Of a stretch of DNA of 64,000 nucleotides, positions 26,303 to 39,023 are shown piece after piece. Source of the stretch: Eledone cirrhosa (taxonomy: Eukaryota); the NCBI GenBank assembly GCA_964016885.1, contig OZ024744.1, positions 98,332,001 through 98,396,000 of the forward strand, in the 5' to 3' direction. A program made the position numbers and the translations under genes. The stretch's first letter is position 1; each line of letters opens with the position of its first letter. Under the pieces are notes generated by a model. The model searched no databases and was not told the DNA's origin. It saw nothing but the letters and a program-made list of their open reading frames with translations.

Positions 26303-27559
26303 GGGGGGAGGGGATGAACCATCTGGGAGTGACCGCCTCCTGTTCTTAATATAAGGTGAACCCTTATTTTCAACTTCCTCTTTTTTTGACTAATTTGTCC
26401 TTGTGACAGATGCGGTTTACAGCACTGGATTGAATTATACACTAACTAACAGGTACGAATCTTGACTATAATTATCTACATCCACTCAAACAAATAAAGA
26501 CAATTATTTATTAGTATTTTTCTGGACGTCTTTCTTGTTCATTGCTGATAATATCACGTCGGGGGTCACCATTTTAGTGGAAAACCAGCTCCACTAAATG
26601 TGTATAATGGACTCTCCCATCCCATATCAACTGCGTGGGGTTCAACAGTCTTCTCAGTTCATTTTACATAGTCATGTTTTAAATGGCACTTTGATCCTGA
26701 TTTACACATCAAGCTGTATTTAGTGCAGATAACAGGATTTTGAGCAGAGCAAGATGGAAGGCTTAATCAGATCTTGGTGTTAGATCTTAAATCACAAAGA
26801 TGGACAAGATAAGATTTTTCAAAGGTAAAAATTAAAAATGGTCATCGAGGGCCACTCTGACTGGTCTGGCAGGCCATAATCCAGCCCGCGGGCGGCCTGT
26901 TGCACGCCCCTGGTGTAGATTGTAGGCAAGAAAAGCTTGATATTCCTGATACATTGTGACCAGAGATTGTGTGTGTGCAAGTAAGTGAGTAACAATGTTC
27001 ATTATGACAATGATATGATGGTTCCTTGATCATGTAGGAAATGAAATACATAAAAATCACAATAACACAAAGCCACTATGTTACTAATTTATTAAATATA
27101 ACTTCCGTTAGGGTTATAAGACAATACACTAAGAACAAATAACCACAGATGAATTGTGTGATGTTATGTATCAGGATGCATGTTTGTTTTCAAAGGTATT
27201 ATTAAAAATGTATTTACAAAACTTCTGTTGATGTGAGGAATTTTGCTGGGATGGCCAGAGGGTCTGTGTAAATCAATAGACTACATGTTAACTCTAAGAA
27301 TTCATCGCTCCAACTGTCCTGGCTGTTCTGAGAACCAGCTATTTATGAAAATGCCTTCCTTTGTCTATGAGACTTGAGAAGAAGCAGATGGCTATTTGAT
27401 ATGTCAAAATATCTGACATATTGGCACTAGAAAGCCATTCAGTGAATAAATTTATCTATGAGACCACAGAGGTCAGCTTCTTAGTGTATGGTAAAGTAAA
27501 AGGAACTCTATTGAAAAGAGTATCAAATTACTGCTACGTGCCTACATTAAGTGTACCAT

Positions 27560-27965
27560 TATGAAGTTGACTGTATAACATAACCTTGGGTGTGCAGTTC
27601 TCAGTCATCCGAAGGATATGACCAGCCCATTTAATTTAGGATTACATTAAAAATGACTCAATCACACTGATGTTGCACCATGTGAAGAGATCGGCATTTG
27701 AGATTCTGTCAGAAAGTGCATAACCACAGATAGAACGAAGACAATATTTGTGGAAGACATCAAGCTTATAAATGTGGATGTGATAAAGTGCCCATGTCTC
27801 CAAACTCTATAAAAGTGTTGTCAGTACCACTGCACAATAAACTACAACTTTTGTTTTCAAGGATAGACTTCTGACACCCCATAGATGATGATGTAGTTTG
27901 CCAAAGGTGACATTTGTTTTGGAGTCATGATTGACGATCTCATCATCCAGGGATCCACTGGGCTT
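27560..27965 (-). mobile_element. Old BovB/RTE-like RT C-terminal fragment
   Basis: FGKLHHHLWGVRSLSLKTKVVVYCAVVLTTLL followed by an ETW-like segment. Confidence 0.6.
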
Positions 27966-29031
27966 CACCCTGCCCACTCTAGGTGAAACAACAAAAAGCG
28001 TTCCCCCCCCCAAACCAACCCCCATCTCCCACATTCCTGAGGTATCTCTCCTGTCTTGTCCAACCCATGCATACAAGCATGGTAGTTGGACATGCTCGAC
28101 ATCCGCTCTCCCTCAATACTGATACCACAACTAAAAACATTTAATCCATTCTGTATGGTGATAAGGGTCGTGCCACTACAAAAATACCCAGTCCACCCTC
28201 TGAGGTGGTCTGTTGGTGACACAAGGAAACAGCAAGACATTGTCACTTCCCTCTCCTCCCCTTCATCCTCCCCAATCTTAATACCCCCTCCCCTTCATCA
28301 TCAGCTATACATCCCATCTTAGACATCTCTCATTCACCTCATCCATGTCCAGCTTGTATACTCATTTCCTCCTATACACCTCTCCTGTCCTGTTCAACCT
28401 TCAACCTATACACTCAAGCATGGAAGTTAGACGTGCATCATACCAGCTCTCCCATAGTACTGCTGTCATGACAAAAAGTATTTGAGTTCACCCTGTATGA
28501 TGGTTGTGCTGGTGACACAACTAAAAGTCTTCAAATCACCATGTTAGATGGCCATTCGGGTGGGTGCCATGATAAAAACACTCAGTCCACCCTGTAATGT
28601 GATTGGCATAAAGAAGGACATCCAGCTAAAGAAACCAAGCCAAGAAAAGATCTATATGAGCAAGACATGGTCACCTCACTTGACTGGTCTCATAACATGA
28701 AAATCCTTCTAATCCATGCAAGCAAGGAAAATAGACATTGTTTTTACACATGCTTTTCCCCGCTTGTTTGGGTTGGATGGGTCCTTTTCAGCACAGCATC
28801 TCTCCACTTGTTCTGTTCCTTTGTCATCTCCTGTGTGAGTCTCAGCGATTTGAGATCAACTTTCACCACCTCTGCCCAGGTCTTCCTTGGTCTTTCTCTA
28901 CTGTGGTTTCTCTCCACTAGGTTTCCCTGTCACTTTTTCCCTCAGCAATCATCAATGCAGTCATGCAGTCTCCTCTCCTGTACACTACATGTGATTCCTC
29001 TTGAACTAAGTTCTTTTTTCAGGTTATAATC

Positions 29032-29335
29032 TAGACCAAGGAAGACCTGGGTAGAGGAAATGCCAGTGGTAGGAAGCTGTAGTAGAGGTAGACTAAGGAA
29101 GACCTGGGCAGAGGAAATGTCAGTGGAAGGAAGCTGTAGTAGAGGTAGACCAAGGAAGACCTGGGCAGAGGAAATGCCAGTGGTAGGAAGCTGTAGTAGA
29201 GGTAGACCAAGGAAGACCTGGGTAGAGGAAATGTCAGTGGAAGGAAGCTGTAGTAGAGGTAGACCAAGGTAGACCTGGGTAGAGGAAATGTCAGTGGAAG
29301 GAAGCTGCAGTAGAGGAAGACCAAGAAAGACCGGA
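29032..29335 (+). repeat. Tandem array of the LINE C-terminal 'VEGSCSRGRPRKTWAEE' segment (~54-bp unit)
   Basis: 5-6 copies of 'agaccaaggaagacctgggtagaggaaatg..ggaagctgtagtagaggt', running into a LINE 3' end at ~29490. Confidence 0.85.
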
Positions 29336-29502
29336 GCTAGAGGTGGTGAGAGCTGACCTCAAATCGCTGAGATTCACATAGGAGATGATGAAGGAATACG
29401 GTGACTAGAGAGATGCTGTGCTGAGAAAGACCTGTCCAACCCATTCAAGTGTGGAAAAATGGACGTAAAAACGATGATGATGATGATATATACATATATA
29501 TA

Positions 29503-29725
29503 TAGGAGAAGAGTCAAGACCTTGACGGCTGAGCTCCAGCCATTTTCACAGCTAGATCCGAACTAAGCCACGAGTATTAAGGGGGTTAGTTCGGATCTAG
29601 CTGTCGAAACAGCCAGAGCTCAGCCGTCGGGGTCTTGACTTTTCTCCTGTTACCCACTCTACTACCCTAAGTATTGAGTACTCTGGTGCATTATGGTCTA
29701 CCTGGTATCTTACCACACCCTCTTT

Positions 29726-29728
<3 letters not shown>
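29503..29728 (+). mobile_element. Fold-back hairpin plus tail element in (TA)n; tail family also at 62686-62840 (-)
   Basis: Arms ~29503-29565 / 29586-29648; tail 'acccactctactaccctaagtattgagtactctggtgcattatggtc'. Confidence 0.65.
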
Positions 29729-29801
<73 letters not shown>

Positions 29802-29821
29802 TGTGTGTATGTGTATATATA

Positions 29822-30013
29822 TAATTGTTTCTACTTTTGGCACAAGGCCAGCAATTATGCCAGTGTATTACTGGTACTTTATTTTATCGACCCCTGTCAG
29901 GATGAAAGGCAAAGTTAACCTCGGTGGGATTTGAATTCAGACCATAAAGGGCCGTAACTCTTTGCTGCAAAGCATGGCGTCAGACCCTCTACCGATACTG
30001 CCAATCCACCACC
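29822..30013 (-). mobile_element. tRNA-derived SINE with Meta-like central domain
   Basis: Reverse complement of 31380-31573. Confidence 0.8.
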
Positions 30014-30047
30014 TTTATAGATATCAAAACGAGAAGTAATGTCTCAC

Positions 30048-30120
30048 TGGAGAATCCGGGCATCGATCCCGGTACCTCTCGCATGCTAAGCGAGCGCTCT
30101 ACCATCTGAGATAATTCCCC
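30048..30120 (-). tRNA. tRNA-Ala-AGC: tRNA-Ala (AGC), variant with a D-stem mismatch
   Basis: GGGGAATTATCTCAGATGGTAGAGCGCTCGCTTAGCATGCGAGAGGTACCGGGATCGATGCCCGGATTCTCCA; G3:U70; T4 about 18 nt downstream. Confidence 0.9.
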
Positions 30121-30248
30121 ATTATATCTGCTTAAATAGAGTGTGTAACCAAGACCACACCAACATGTATAAATATATACACATATCTAATATGTAGGCA
30201 TGTAAACATGCCAGAAAAATACAAATTTCCCTGTAAATTGAAAAAGGT

Positions 30249-30309
30249 GATAAACACCTTTAATCAATTTTCAGATCTAATTGGACCATCATCAGAAGGT
30301 GTGTTTATC
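30249..30309 (-). ncRNA. Type I hammerhead motif within inverted repeats (30123-30190 / 30387-30459)
   Basis: gataaacacacctt-CTGATGA-tggtc-caatta-gatct-GAAA-ATTGAT-TA-aaggtgtttatc. Confidence 0.7.
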
Positions 30310-30493
30310 ATCCAATCAACCACAGGGAAACATGTATTTGATGGAAATATATAGCCATTCACTCTTAGTGTCATTCTTTAATTTGCATTAGATATGTGTA
30401 TATATATTATACATTTTAGTGCAATCTCAGTTACACACTCTGTATTTATACAGATATAACTTCATACACTTCAACTACTAGCTCACTTATTAA

Positions 30494-31105
30494 CCCTTTA
30501 GCATTTCCATTACTCTATATTTACTATTAGATTTTCATGGTAAAGGCTCTATCTCGCATAATATCAAATCTATGAGATTTTGATGTTATTTATTTTGAGA
30601 ACAATACCTTAACATAAGTATGAGTGGCCAATTACAACCGGTTTGAACAGAAAGAGGTGAGAGAATTCTACCTGGTTACAGCCGATTTAAATGCTAAAGG
30701 ATTAAATTACTTTATATTTACTATTATATGTTCATGGTAAAGGCTTTATCTCTCATTTTGAGAATAATACTTTAACATCAGTATGAGTGGGCAGTTACTG
30801 CCGGTTTGAACAGAAAGTAGTGAGAGAATTCTGGTTGGATACAGCCGGTTTAAATGCTAAAGTGTTAATATATATCTTAACCCTTTAGCATTTACACTAC
30901 TCTATATTTACTATTGTATTTCCATGGTAAAGGCTTTTTCTTGCATAATTATCTCACATAATATCAAATCTATGAGATTTTGATTGATGTTATTTATTTT
31001 GAGAATAATACCTTAACATCAGTATGAGTGGCCAGTTACAGCCAGTTAGAACAGAAAGAGGTGAGAGAATTCTGGCCGGACACAGCCAGTTTAAATGCTA
31101 AAGTG
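30494..31105. mobile_element. Three tandem piggyBac-like MITE units
   Basis: TTAA|ccctttagcattt ... aaatgctaaag(g/t)(a/g)|TTAA; units 30494-30701, ~30706-30864, 30881-31105. Confidence 0.75.
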
Positions 31106-31379
31106 TTAATATATTTCTTTATCAATTGGAGTTCTAATTATGCAAACATGGAGTTCTAATTATGCAAATTAGTATGCCCATTTCAGAATAATATTAAGTG
31201 TGAAGGGGTATATATATCCATCAAATAGATTTTATAAAATGTTTATTTTAGTCCCTATATTACATTTTTGCACGTTTTTATGACGCGTAACTTAAAAAAT
31301 TATATGTACTGCTTAGATGCATCAATTCATAGTGAATCGACATTTTCTGACCATCTTTTTAAAGTTATTATTTCAAAAG

Positions 31380-31573
31380 GGGCGGTAGATTGGCAGTATC
31401 GGTAGAGTGTCGGACGCCATGCTTTGACGCATAGAGTTACGGCCCTTGCCATTCTGAGTTCAAATCCCGCCGAGGTTAACTTTGCCTTTCATCCTTACGG
31501 GGTTGATAAAATAAAGTACCAGTAATGCACTGGGATAATTGCTGGCCTTGTGCCAAAAGTAGAAACAATTATT
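31380..31573 (+). mobile_element. tRNA-derived SINE with Meta-like domain (other copies 37286-37440, 48830-48893, 60745-60928)
   Basis: A box tggcagtatcgg, B box gagttcaaatcc, 'ggttaactttgcctttcatccttacggggttgataaaataaagtacc'. Confidence 0.8.
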
Positions 31574-31824
31574 TCAAAAGAGAGCATTATTGTGTCATAA
31601 TCACTGTTTAAGATCCATTCCCCATGCATGCATGGATTAGATGGCTGTTGCATGCTGAAACCTGACCAGTCAGATGACTCGGTTCAGCTCATATGCTTTG
31701 TTTTGGCTTGATTTCTATGACTAGATGCCCTTCCTAACACCAACCACTTTACAACATGTACTGAGAACATGGTTTTTATGGCTGGATGCCCTTCCTAACA
31801 CCAACCACTTTACAGCAAGACCAA

Positions 31825-32153
31825 TGAAGGTTGGCTGAAAATTTCATAAGCTAACTATGAAGGAGTGATGTTAGAGCTGTGAAATCTTGCATCCATTAAT
31901 TTCAGCTCTTCTTATTAATAACTGCATTGTTTCTTTCCAGGGACTATGTTAAAAAATAACCCTCATTTGGTCATTCCATGTCAGTCAATGGAGGAATGAT
32001 GCTAGAGCTGTGAAATCTTGCATGCATTAATTTCGACTTTTCTTATTAATAACTGCATTGTTTCTTTCCAGGGACTATGTTGAAAAGTAAACCTCATTTG
32101 GTCATTCCATGAGAGTATCTTGGTCAGCCTATGAACTTTTCAGCCAACACTTG
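31825..32153. mobile_element. Mariner-derived MITE with an internal duplication
   Basis: TIR 'gttggctgaaaatttcataag' / 'cctatgaacttttcagccaacacttg|ta'. Confidence 0.65.
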
Positions 32154-32409
32154 TACATGTCGTACTACAAATATCGCATATGGGCATGTCTGCTGGAATG
32201 AAGTTTGTGAAAATTAGGATCCAACTGTATGAAGATGAGCTCTGAGGTGAGAAGTTAAGCCAGCCTTAGAAAGGTAAGTTTTACTAGTTGATGAACAGAT
32301 GAGGAATGAATCTGTTTCTGTGTTTGCTAAACATAGAAGAGTTATTTTCTTTTGTAGTTGTTTTATGATTTTTGCATATTTTCACTAGGTTTCTTCAAAA
32401 CCCTTTACG

Positions 32410-33660
32410 CCAGGCCACTGTAAAATGGTTGTGGAGACGACATGAAAAACAATTACCAGTTTTCCCTGTAAAGTGGTCGTGTAGGTGTCACAACAAAAAG
32501 TACCCAGTCCACACTGTAAAGTGATCGTGTAGATGTCATGACAAAAAGCACCCAGTATTCACTGTAAAGTCGTTGTGGTGGCGACACAACAAAAAATGCC
32601 CAGTTCAGCCTGTAAAATGGTTGAGTAGGTGTCATGACAAAAAGCACCCAGCCCACACTGTAAAGTGGTCATGTAGGTGTCGTGACAAAAAGCACCCAGC
32701 CCACACTGTAAAGTGGTCATGTAAGTGACACAACAAAAAGCACCCAGCCCACACTGTAAAGTGATCATGTAGTTGACATGACAAAAAGCACCCTGTCCAC
32801 ACTGTAAAGGTGTCATGACAAAAAAGTACCCAGTCCACACTGTAAAGTGGTCATGTAGTTGACACAACAAAAATCACCCAGCCCACACTGTAAAGTGGTC
32901 ATGTAGTTAACACGACAAAAAGCACCCTGTCCACACTGTAAAGTGGTCATGTAGGTGTCATGACAAAAAAGTACCCAGTCCACACTGTAAAATGGTCATG
33001 TAGTTAACACAACAAAAAGCACCCAGCCCACACTGTAAAGTGGTCATGTAGTTAACACGACAAAAAGCACCCAGTCCACACTGTAAAGTGGTCATGTAGG
33101 TGTCATGACAAAAAAGTACCCAGTCCACACTGTAAAATGGTCATGTAGTTAACACAACAAAAAGCACCCAGCCCACACTGTAAAGTGGTCATGTAGTTGA
33201 CACGACACAAAGCACCCTGTCCACACTGTAAAGTGGTCATGTAGGTGTCATGACAAAAAAGTACCCAGTCCACACTGTAAAGTGGTCCTGTAGGTGACAT
33301 GACAAAAAGCACCCAGTACACACTGTAAAGTGGTCGTGTAGGTGTCATGACAAAAAGCATCCAGCCCACACTGTAAAGTGGTCATGTAGGTGTCATGACA
33401 AAAAGCATCCAGCCCACACTGTAAAGTGGTCATGTAGGTGTCATGACAAAAAGCATCCAGCCCACACTGTAAAGTGGTCATGTAGGTGACATGACAAAAA
33501 GCATCCAGTACTCACTGTAAAGTGGTTAGCGCTAGGAAGAGCATCCAGCCATAGAAACTAAGCAAAAATAAATTCTGTATGAGCAAGACATGGTCACCTG
33601 ACCTGGCTTTTCTCAAAACGAGACAACTTGGCTAACTCATGCTAAATGGTAATGATGATG
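32410..33660 (+). repeat. ~43-bp minisatellite (~25 units) expanded inside an RTE/SINE 3' tail
   Basis: Unit 'cacactgtaaagtggtcatgtaggtgtcatgacaaaaagcacccagc'; ends in the tail module and (GAT)n. Confidence 0.92.
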
Positions 33661-33667
33661 ATGATGA

Positions 33668-33719
<52 letters not shown>

Positions 33720-33786
33720 GTATGTATATATGTATATATATATATGTATATATGTATATATATATATATATGTATGTATATATATG

Positions 33787-33858
<72 letters not shown>

Positions 33859-34102
33859 TACATAAACGGAAAAAAATGAAACGAAACGAAATTTCATTTC
33901 TCACTCTTAGTACGGCTGTTACTTAAATATAAGTAAGTATACGTACATACATATATGTATACAGACGTACAGTAGTATGTATATATATATATACATACAT
34001 GCACACATATATATATATGTACGTATGGATTCACCGAACATGTATTATAATGCTCGGTGTGTTTGTAAAGAAACACCCCGAATTAAGCCGTACAGTGTCT
34101 AG

Positions 34103-34187
34103 TTCAATCATCTGGCAGGAAGGTATACGTTGCTGACGATAGCTAATAAGCTTGAAACTAGTACATCGTTCCTTTGTCAGTGTTGAA
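34103..34187 (+). ncRNA. Minimal type I hammerhead ribozyme, copy 1
   Basis: acgttg-CTGACGA-tagct-aata-agctt-GAAA-CTAG-TA-catcgt; extended stem I ctggca..aagg / cctt.tgtcag. Confidence 0.75.
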
Positions 34188-35054
34188 CAAATAAGCAACG
34201 ATGGTTGCTAGACACTGTACTGCTTAATTCGGGATGTTTGTTTACAAACACACCGAGCATTATAATAAATGTTCGGTGAATCCATACGTACATATATATA
34301 TGTGTGCATGTATGTATATATATATACATACTACTGTACGTCTGTATAAATATATGAATGTACGTGTACATACTTATATTTAAGTAACAGCCGTACTAAG
34401 AGTGAGAAATGCAATTTCGTTTTGTTTCGTTTCGTTTCGTTTCATTTTTTCCGTTTATCGTTTTCGGCACGCCCGGCCGAATTACCTAATATGCAAATTA
34501 GGCTGCTCAGCCGTTAATATGCATAAGGAAAGTAGGCATACGTTAAGACGGGCGTTCCGGAAAGTGAAAGTAAATTTTTTGACAACACTGTGAATTTGTT
34601 TGTTGTTTTTTTTCATAATGAAAGTTACGATACACACGCAATTGGATGGATTTCTTAATATATATATATGTGTGGTTGTGTATATGTGTGTATATATGTG
34701 TGTGTCTGTATGTATATATATGTGTGTGTTTGTATATATATATATATGTGTTTGTGTCATCATCATCGTTTAACGTCTATCTAAAGAAAAATTAATCACA
34801 CACGCAATACTAATTAACACCATATCACTATAGAGACCTGTTGTAAATAAACAAACAAATTCACAGTGTACACACATATATACACACATATACACACCCA
34901 CACATATATATATATTAAAAAATCCATACAATTGCGTGTGTATCGTAATTTTCATTGTAAAAAAAAAAAAAAAATTCCATGTTGTCAAAAATTTACTTTC
35001 ACTTTCCGGAATGCCCGTCTTAACGTATGCCAAGAAAGTATATACTTTCAGACG

Positions 35055-35139
35055 TTCAATCATCTGGCAGGAAGGTATACGTTGCTGACGATAGCTAATA
35101 AGCTTGAAACTAGTACAGCGTTCCTTTGTCAGTGTTGAA
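35055..35139 (+). ncRNA. Minimal type I hammerhead ribozyme, copy 2
   Basis: Same core; stem I acgttg/cagcgt fully paired. Confidence 0.8.
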
Positions 35140-35243
35140 CAAATGAGCAACGATGGTTGCTAGACACTGTACGACTTAATTCGGGATGTTTGTTTACAAA
35201 CACACCGAGCATTATAATAAATGTTCGGTGAATCCATACGTAC

Positions 35244-35284
<41 letters not shown>

Positions 35285-35748
35285 CATGTATGTATATATA
35301 TATATACATACTACTGTACATCTGTATACATATATGTATGTACGTATACTTACTTACATATATACACATATATATACAAATATATATATATATCAAACCT
35401 TGATTGGCATAAAGTAATTCAGTGAATTACACATTCATTTTTGTTGAATCACCACAAGTGATAAACAGATCAATGCTAGAGTTGGGTCAACTTCCATAGG
35501 TGACCATTAGCTAATCATCTGTGAAACACACATAATAGATCGATACACAATATAAACATAAGTTCATGTCAATGAAACTTCATCATTTTATTCTTATATA
35601 TGTATATATAACACAGCCACTGTACTTGCTATTAACTCTCTGAACTACAGGCTGCAGTAGCATTACTGCAATCTTGTAGATTTATTGAGTGGGTGAGGCA
35701 CTGGTTGGAGACTGTGGAGTTAATATCAAAGATTTCTGTAAACATTGT

Positions 35749-35785
<37 letters not shown>

Positions 35786-35791
<6 letters not shown>

Positions 35792-36258
35792 TAATAAAAA
35801 TAATGAATAAAAACAAAGAAACAGTTCCTTATATTAAAAAATTCATCATTTTACGATCGTTTCTAGGATATATATGTTTATGTTGGTATGTATATCATAT
35901 AGATCTATATAAAATTTTTACAAACTATCAGAAGGAATATACATACCTACACATATATATGTGTAGGTATGTATATTCCCTCTGATAGTTTGTAAAAATT
36001 TTACATAGATCTATATGATATACATACCAACATAAACATATATATCCTAGAAACGATCGTAAAATGATGAATTTTTTAATATAAGGAACTGTTTCTTTGT
36101 TTTTATTCATTATTTTTATTAATTTATCTTGACTCTGTTTTCCTGTATTTTTCATCTGAAAAAAAAATGTTGAATACATCTTCTCTTTTCATGATATTCG
36201 GATTACATTGAGTTCTTCATACGGACTGGACAGTACCGTATATTTTGGTAGATTTATC

Positions 36259-36261
<3 letters not shown>
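35786..36261 (+). repeat. 342-bp near-perfect palindrome (centre 35956/57) plus 134-bp tail between (TA)n tracts
   Basis: Arms 35786-35956 / 35957-36127; mirrored ORFs 35689-35985 and 35928-36179. Confidence 0.9.
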
Positions 36262-36320
<59 letters not shown>

Positions 36321-36358
36321 TACAAATATTAATAAAATAGATGTTCTTTTGATCAATT

Positions 36359-36418
36359 AAATTTTATTATACATATTTCAGAGGTACAACAGTAGTACGT
36401 CCTCATCAGACAAAATAT
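36359..36418 (-). ncRNA. Hammerhead motif in the PLE 3' terminal repeat
   Basis: atattttgt-CTGATGA-ggacgtac..gtacctct-GAAA-TATGTA-TA-ataaaattt. Confidence 0.7.
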
Positions 36419-37823
36419 AATGATACATGACATAACTTCGGAATTGTGGAGTTTACCGGAACTCAAGTATATCAAGTAACTGCGCGCTCTGTACAATGAA
36501 GACCCTGATGAGTATTAATAACTATGAGACCCTAATTAACAAAAAAAGTGAATTATTCTCTAATTGCCTTCATAAAGCTACGTCTACATTCCTAGTCTCC
36601 CATAAGACCAGAAAAAAAACCCACTAAGCCATTAGACTTGGTTTTTAGACGTAAATAATCAACAGGTGAAAACCTTAATAGCCTTTAATATTGCTTTATC
36701 TTATCTATAGAGGGAATAACGCTCGAATGAATGACACTTGTTCAATAACACGCTGACACGTTGATATACATAACATAATATTATTAACTTTGATCCATAC
36801 CAATATTTCTCTATATTTATTTTCCTATCTAAGTTTTAATTTTAGTTTAAATATCCAACCTGTAAATTTTTACGGAACTTATTTTTAACTGTGAATCATT
36901 CATGTGTTTACACTTTTTTATTTATAATATGTATGTACTTATCTTTTGTAAGTTTTTAAATATACCTACCTTATTATTTTTCTATCCATGGTTTAAATAT
37001 AGTGCAAATATCCAACCAGTAAATTTTTACGGACATTATTTTGAACTGTGAATCATCCATGCGTTTACACTCTTTTTATATATATGTATTTAACTTTAGC
37101 ATGTTGAAATCTATTAGATAAGATTATAATCGTTATCATTTACTAAAAGTATACTGTCTCACTAATACTTAATATATCTCTCTATACCTAATTTTTAAAT
37201 TTTTAGATTATTTATTTTGAACTGTGAATAATTCATCCCTTTACACTCTTTTATATATATGTATGTATTTAACTTTAGCATGTTTAGGGTCGGACGCCCT
37301 GCTTTCCAGCATAGTTACGTCCCTTTACGATCTGAGTTCAAATCCCGCCGAGGTTGACTTTGCCTTTCATCCTTACGGGGTCGATAAAATAAAGTACCAG
37401 TAATGCATTGGGTAATTGCTGGCCTTGTGCCTAAAGTTAAAAAAAAAAAAAAAAAAATTATTTTATATTCGTTATCATTCACCAAAAGCATACTGGCTCA
37501 TTAATACTTAGTATATCTCTCTATACCTAATTTTTATTTTTGCAAATAAATGTATCTGTATAATAACATAATCATATTATTAGTTATGTATATCTCAGTT
37601 TTTTTGTTTGTTTGTTTTTTGCATATATATCTATAATGTATAATAACATAATTACCGTTTTGGTTTAACGCTATATATAGTTTGTGCAAATATATAGTTT
37701 GTGTAAATATAGACATTTGTACAATAGCATATTTATTATTTAGAGTTTATTCCTCTCATGAAGGTGGTACTTATATAAAGATTTAATATAATATAATAAA
37801 CATATTAATTTATTATCATAATT

Positions 37824-37972
<149 letters not shown>

Positions 37973-38450
37973 TAAACGGAATAGAAAATGCTGACAAATT
38001 GTTCACAGTTGAAAAATAGTTTAATTAGGAATAAAAGAGTATTAGTAATTGTATGGGTTAGTATTCAGTTGTGGTTTTAAGTTTTTAAGTTTTTACCGGT
38101 TGCGCATTTCTAAATGCTTTTCAAAAATAATTTTGAGATAGAGCGTCCGTGTTGTTTGCTCTGATCTGATTAGTTTTGGGAATTCTACCTGTTTTTATGT
38201 TAAAAAAGTGGCTCCAGCGCTACTTGGTGTTGCAAAAATTCTTGTGGTCAAACCAATTTTGATTGGTCGGTAGAGGTCATGTGAATGTAAAAAATTGATT
38301 TTGCGCCAAGACTGAGAAATGACTCTTTCACAACAAATATGTGTGTGTGTGTGTGTGTAGTAGTAGTAAAGTGTTCGATGTTGTGATAATGGTTAGCAGG
38401 GATGTGTGTGCGAACCGCAGCCTGTTGACAGTTCAAATGGCTATTAAGAT

Positions 38451-38527
<77 letters not shown>

Positions 38528-39023
38528 GCAGAGTAATTCGTGGTAGCGGGATGGTCAGTAGGAACAGTAGGAATGTGTCTGTAAGCAGTGGGGGGGGGGT
38601 ATTTTAGCATGTCAAAAGATATTTTTCAGCTTTTGTCTTATACGGAGAAGTGTGTGTGTATAAGTCTCTTTGTATGTTAATGTACGCATGTGTGTGTGTG
38701 GGTGGACCAGTATTTTTTTCCCCTGGTAAAATGGTGTACATTATTCGATATTTTCAGTAAAATCGGTTCTCTTAATAGAACATCAAAAATCTTAACAATA
38801 AAAGGTGTGAAATGATATTCACTATATATATATACACACATACATATATTCACTACATATATATATATATATATACATATATACATACATATATATGCAC
38901 ATATCTTTTTTTGTGTTGCACCATAGAGCATGTGTGTTTACGTATGTCATTGTGTTTATATGTGGGTAGAGATGTGTGCTGATGTAGGTATGTATGTTGA
39001 CGTGTGTATGTTGTGGGTTCGTC

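Larger units (their letters stand above)
33863..35390 (+). mobile_element. Non-coding, multiply inverted element with two direct hammerheads (retrozyme/PLE-derived)
   Basis: Layout A' - HHR - A - B - B' - HHR - A; flanked by (TA)n. Confidence 0.7.

Noticed and set aside
26842-26914. hAT/Charlie-like terminal sequence (..gcccgcgggc..gcacgcccctg)
   Set aside because: No matching left end or 8-bp TSD found
31134-31170. Octamer ATGCAAAT motifs (also ~34491)
   Set aside because: Short motif in repeat context, with no adjacent snRNA gene seen
32410-33540. CRISPR-like array
   Set aside because: Contiguous units with no unique spacers, eukaryotic context, no cas genes
36505-36535. CTGATGA..GAGAC as another hammerhead
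   Set aside because: GAAA core is broken and no stems I/III found
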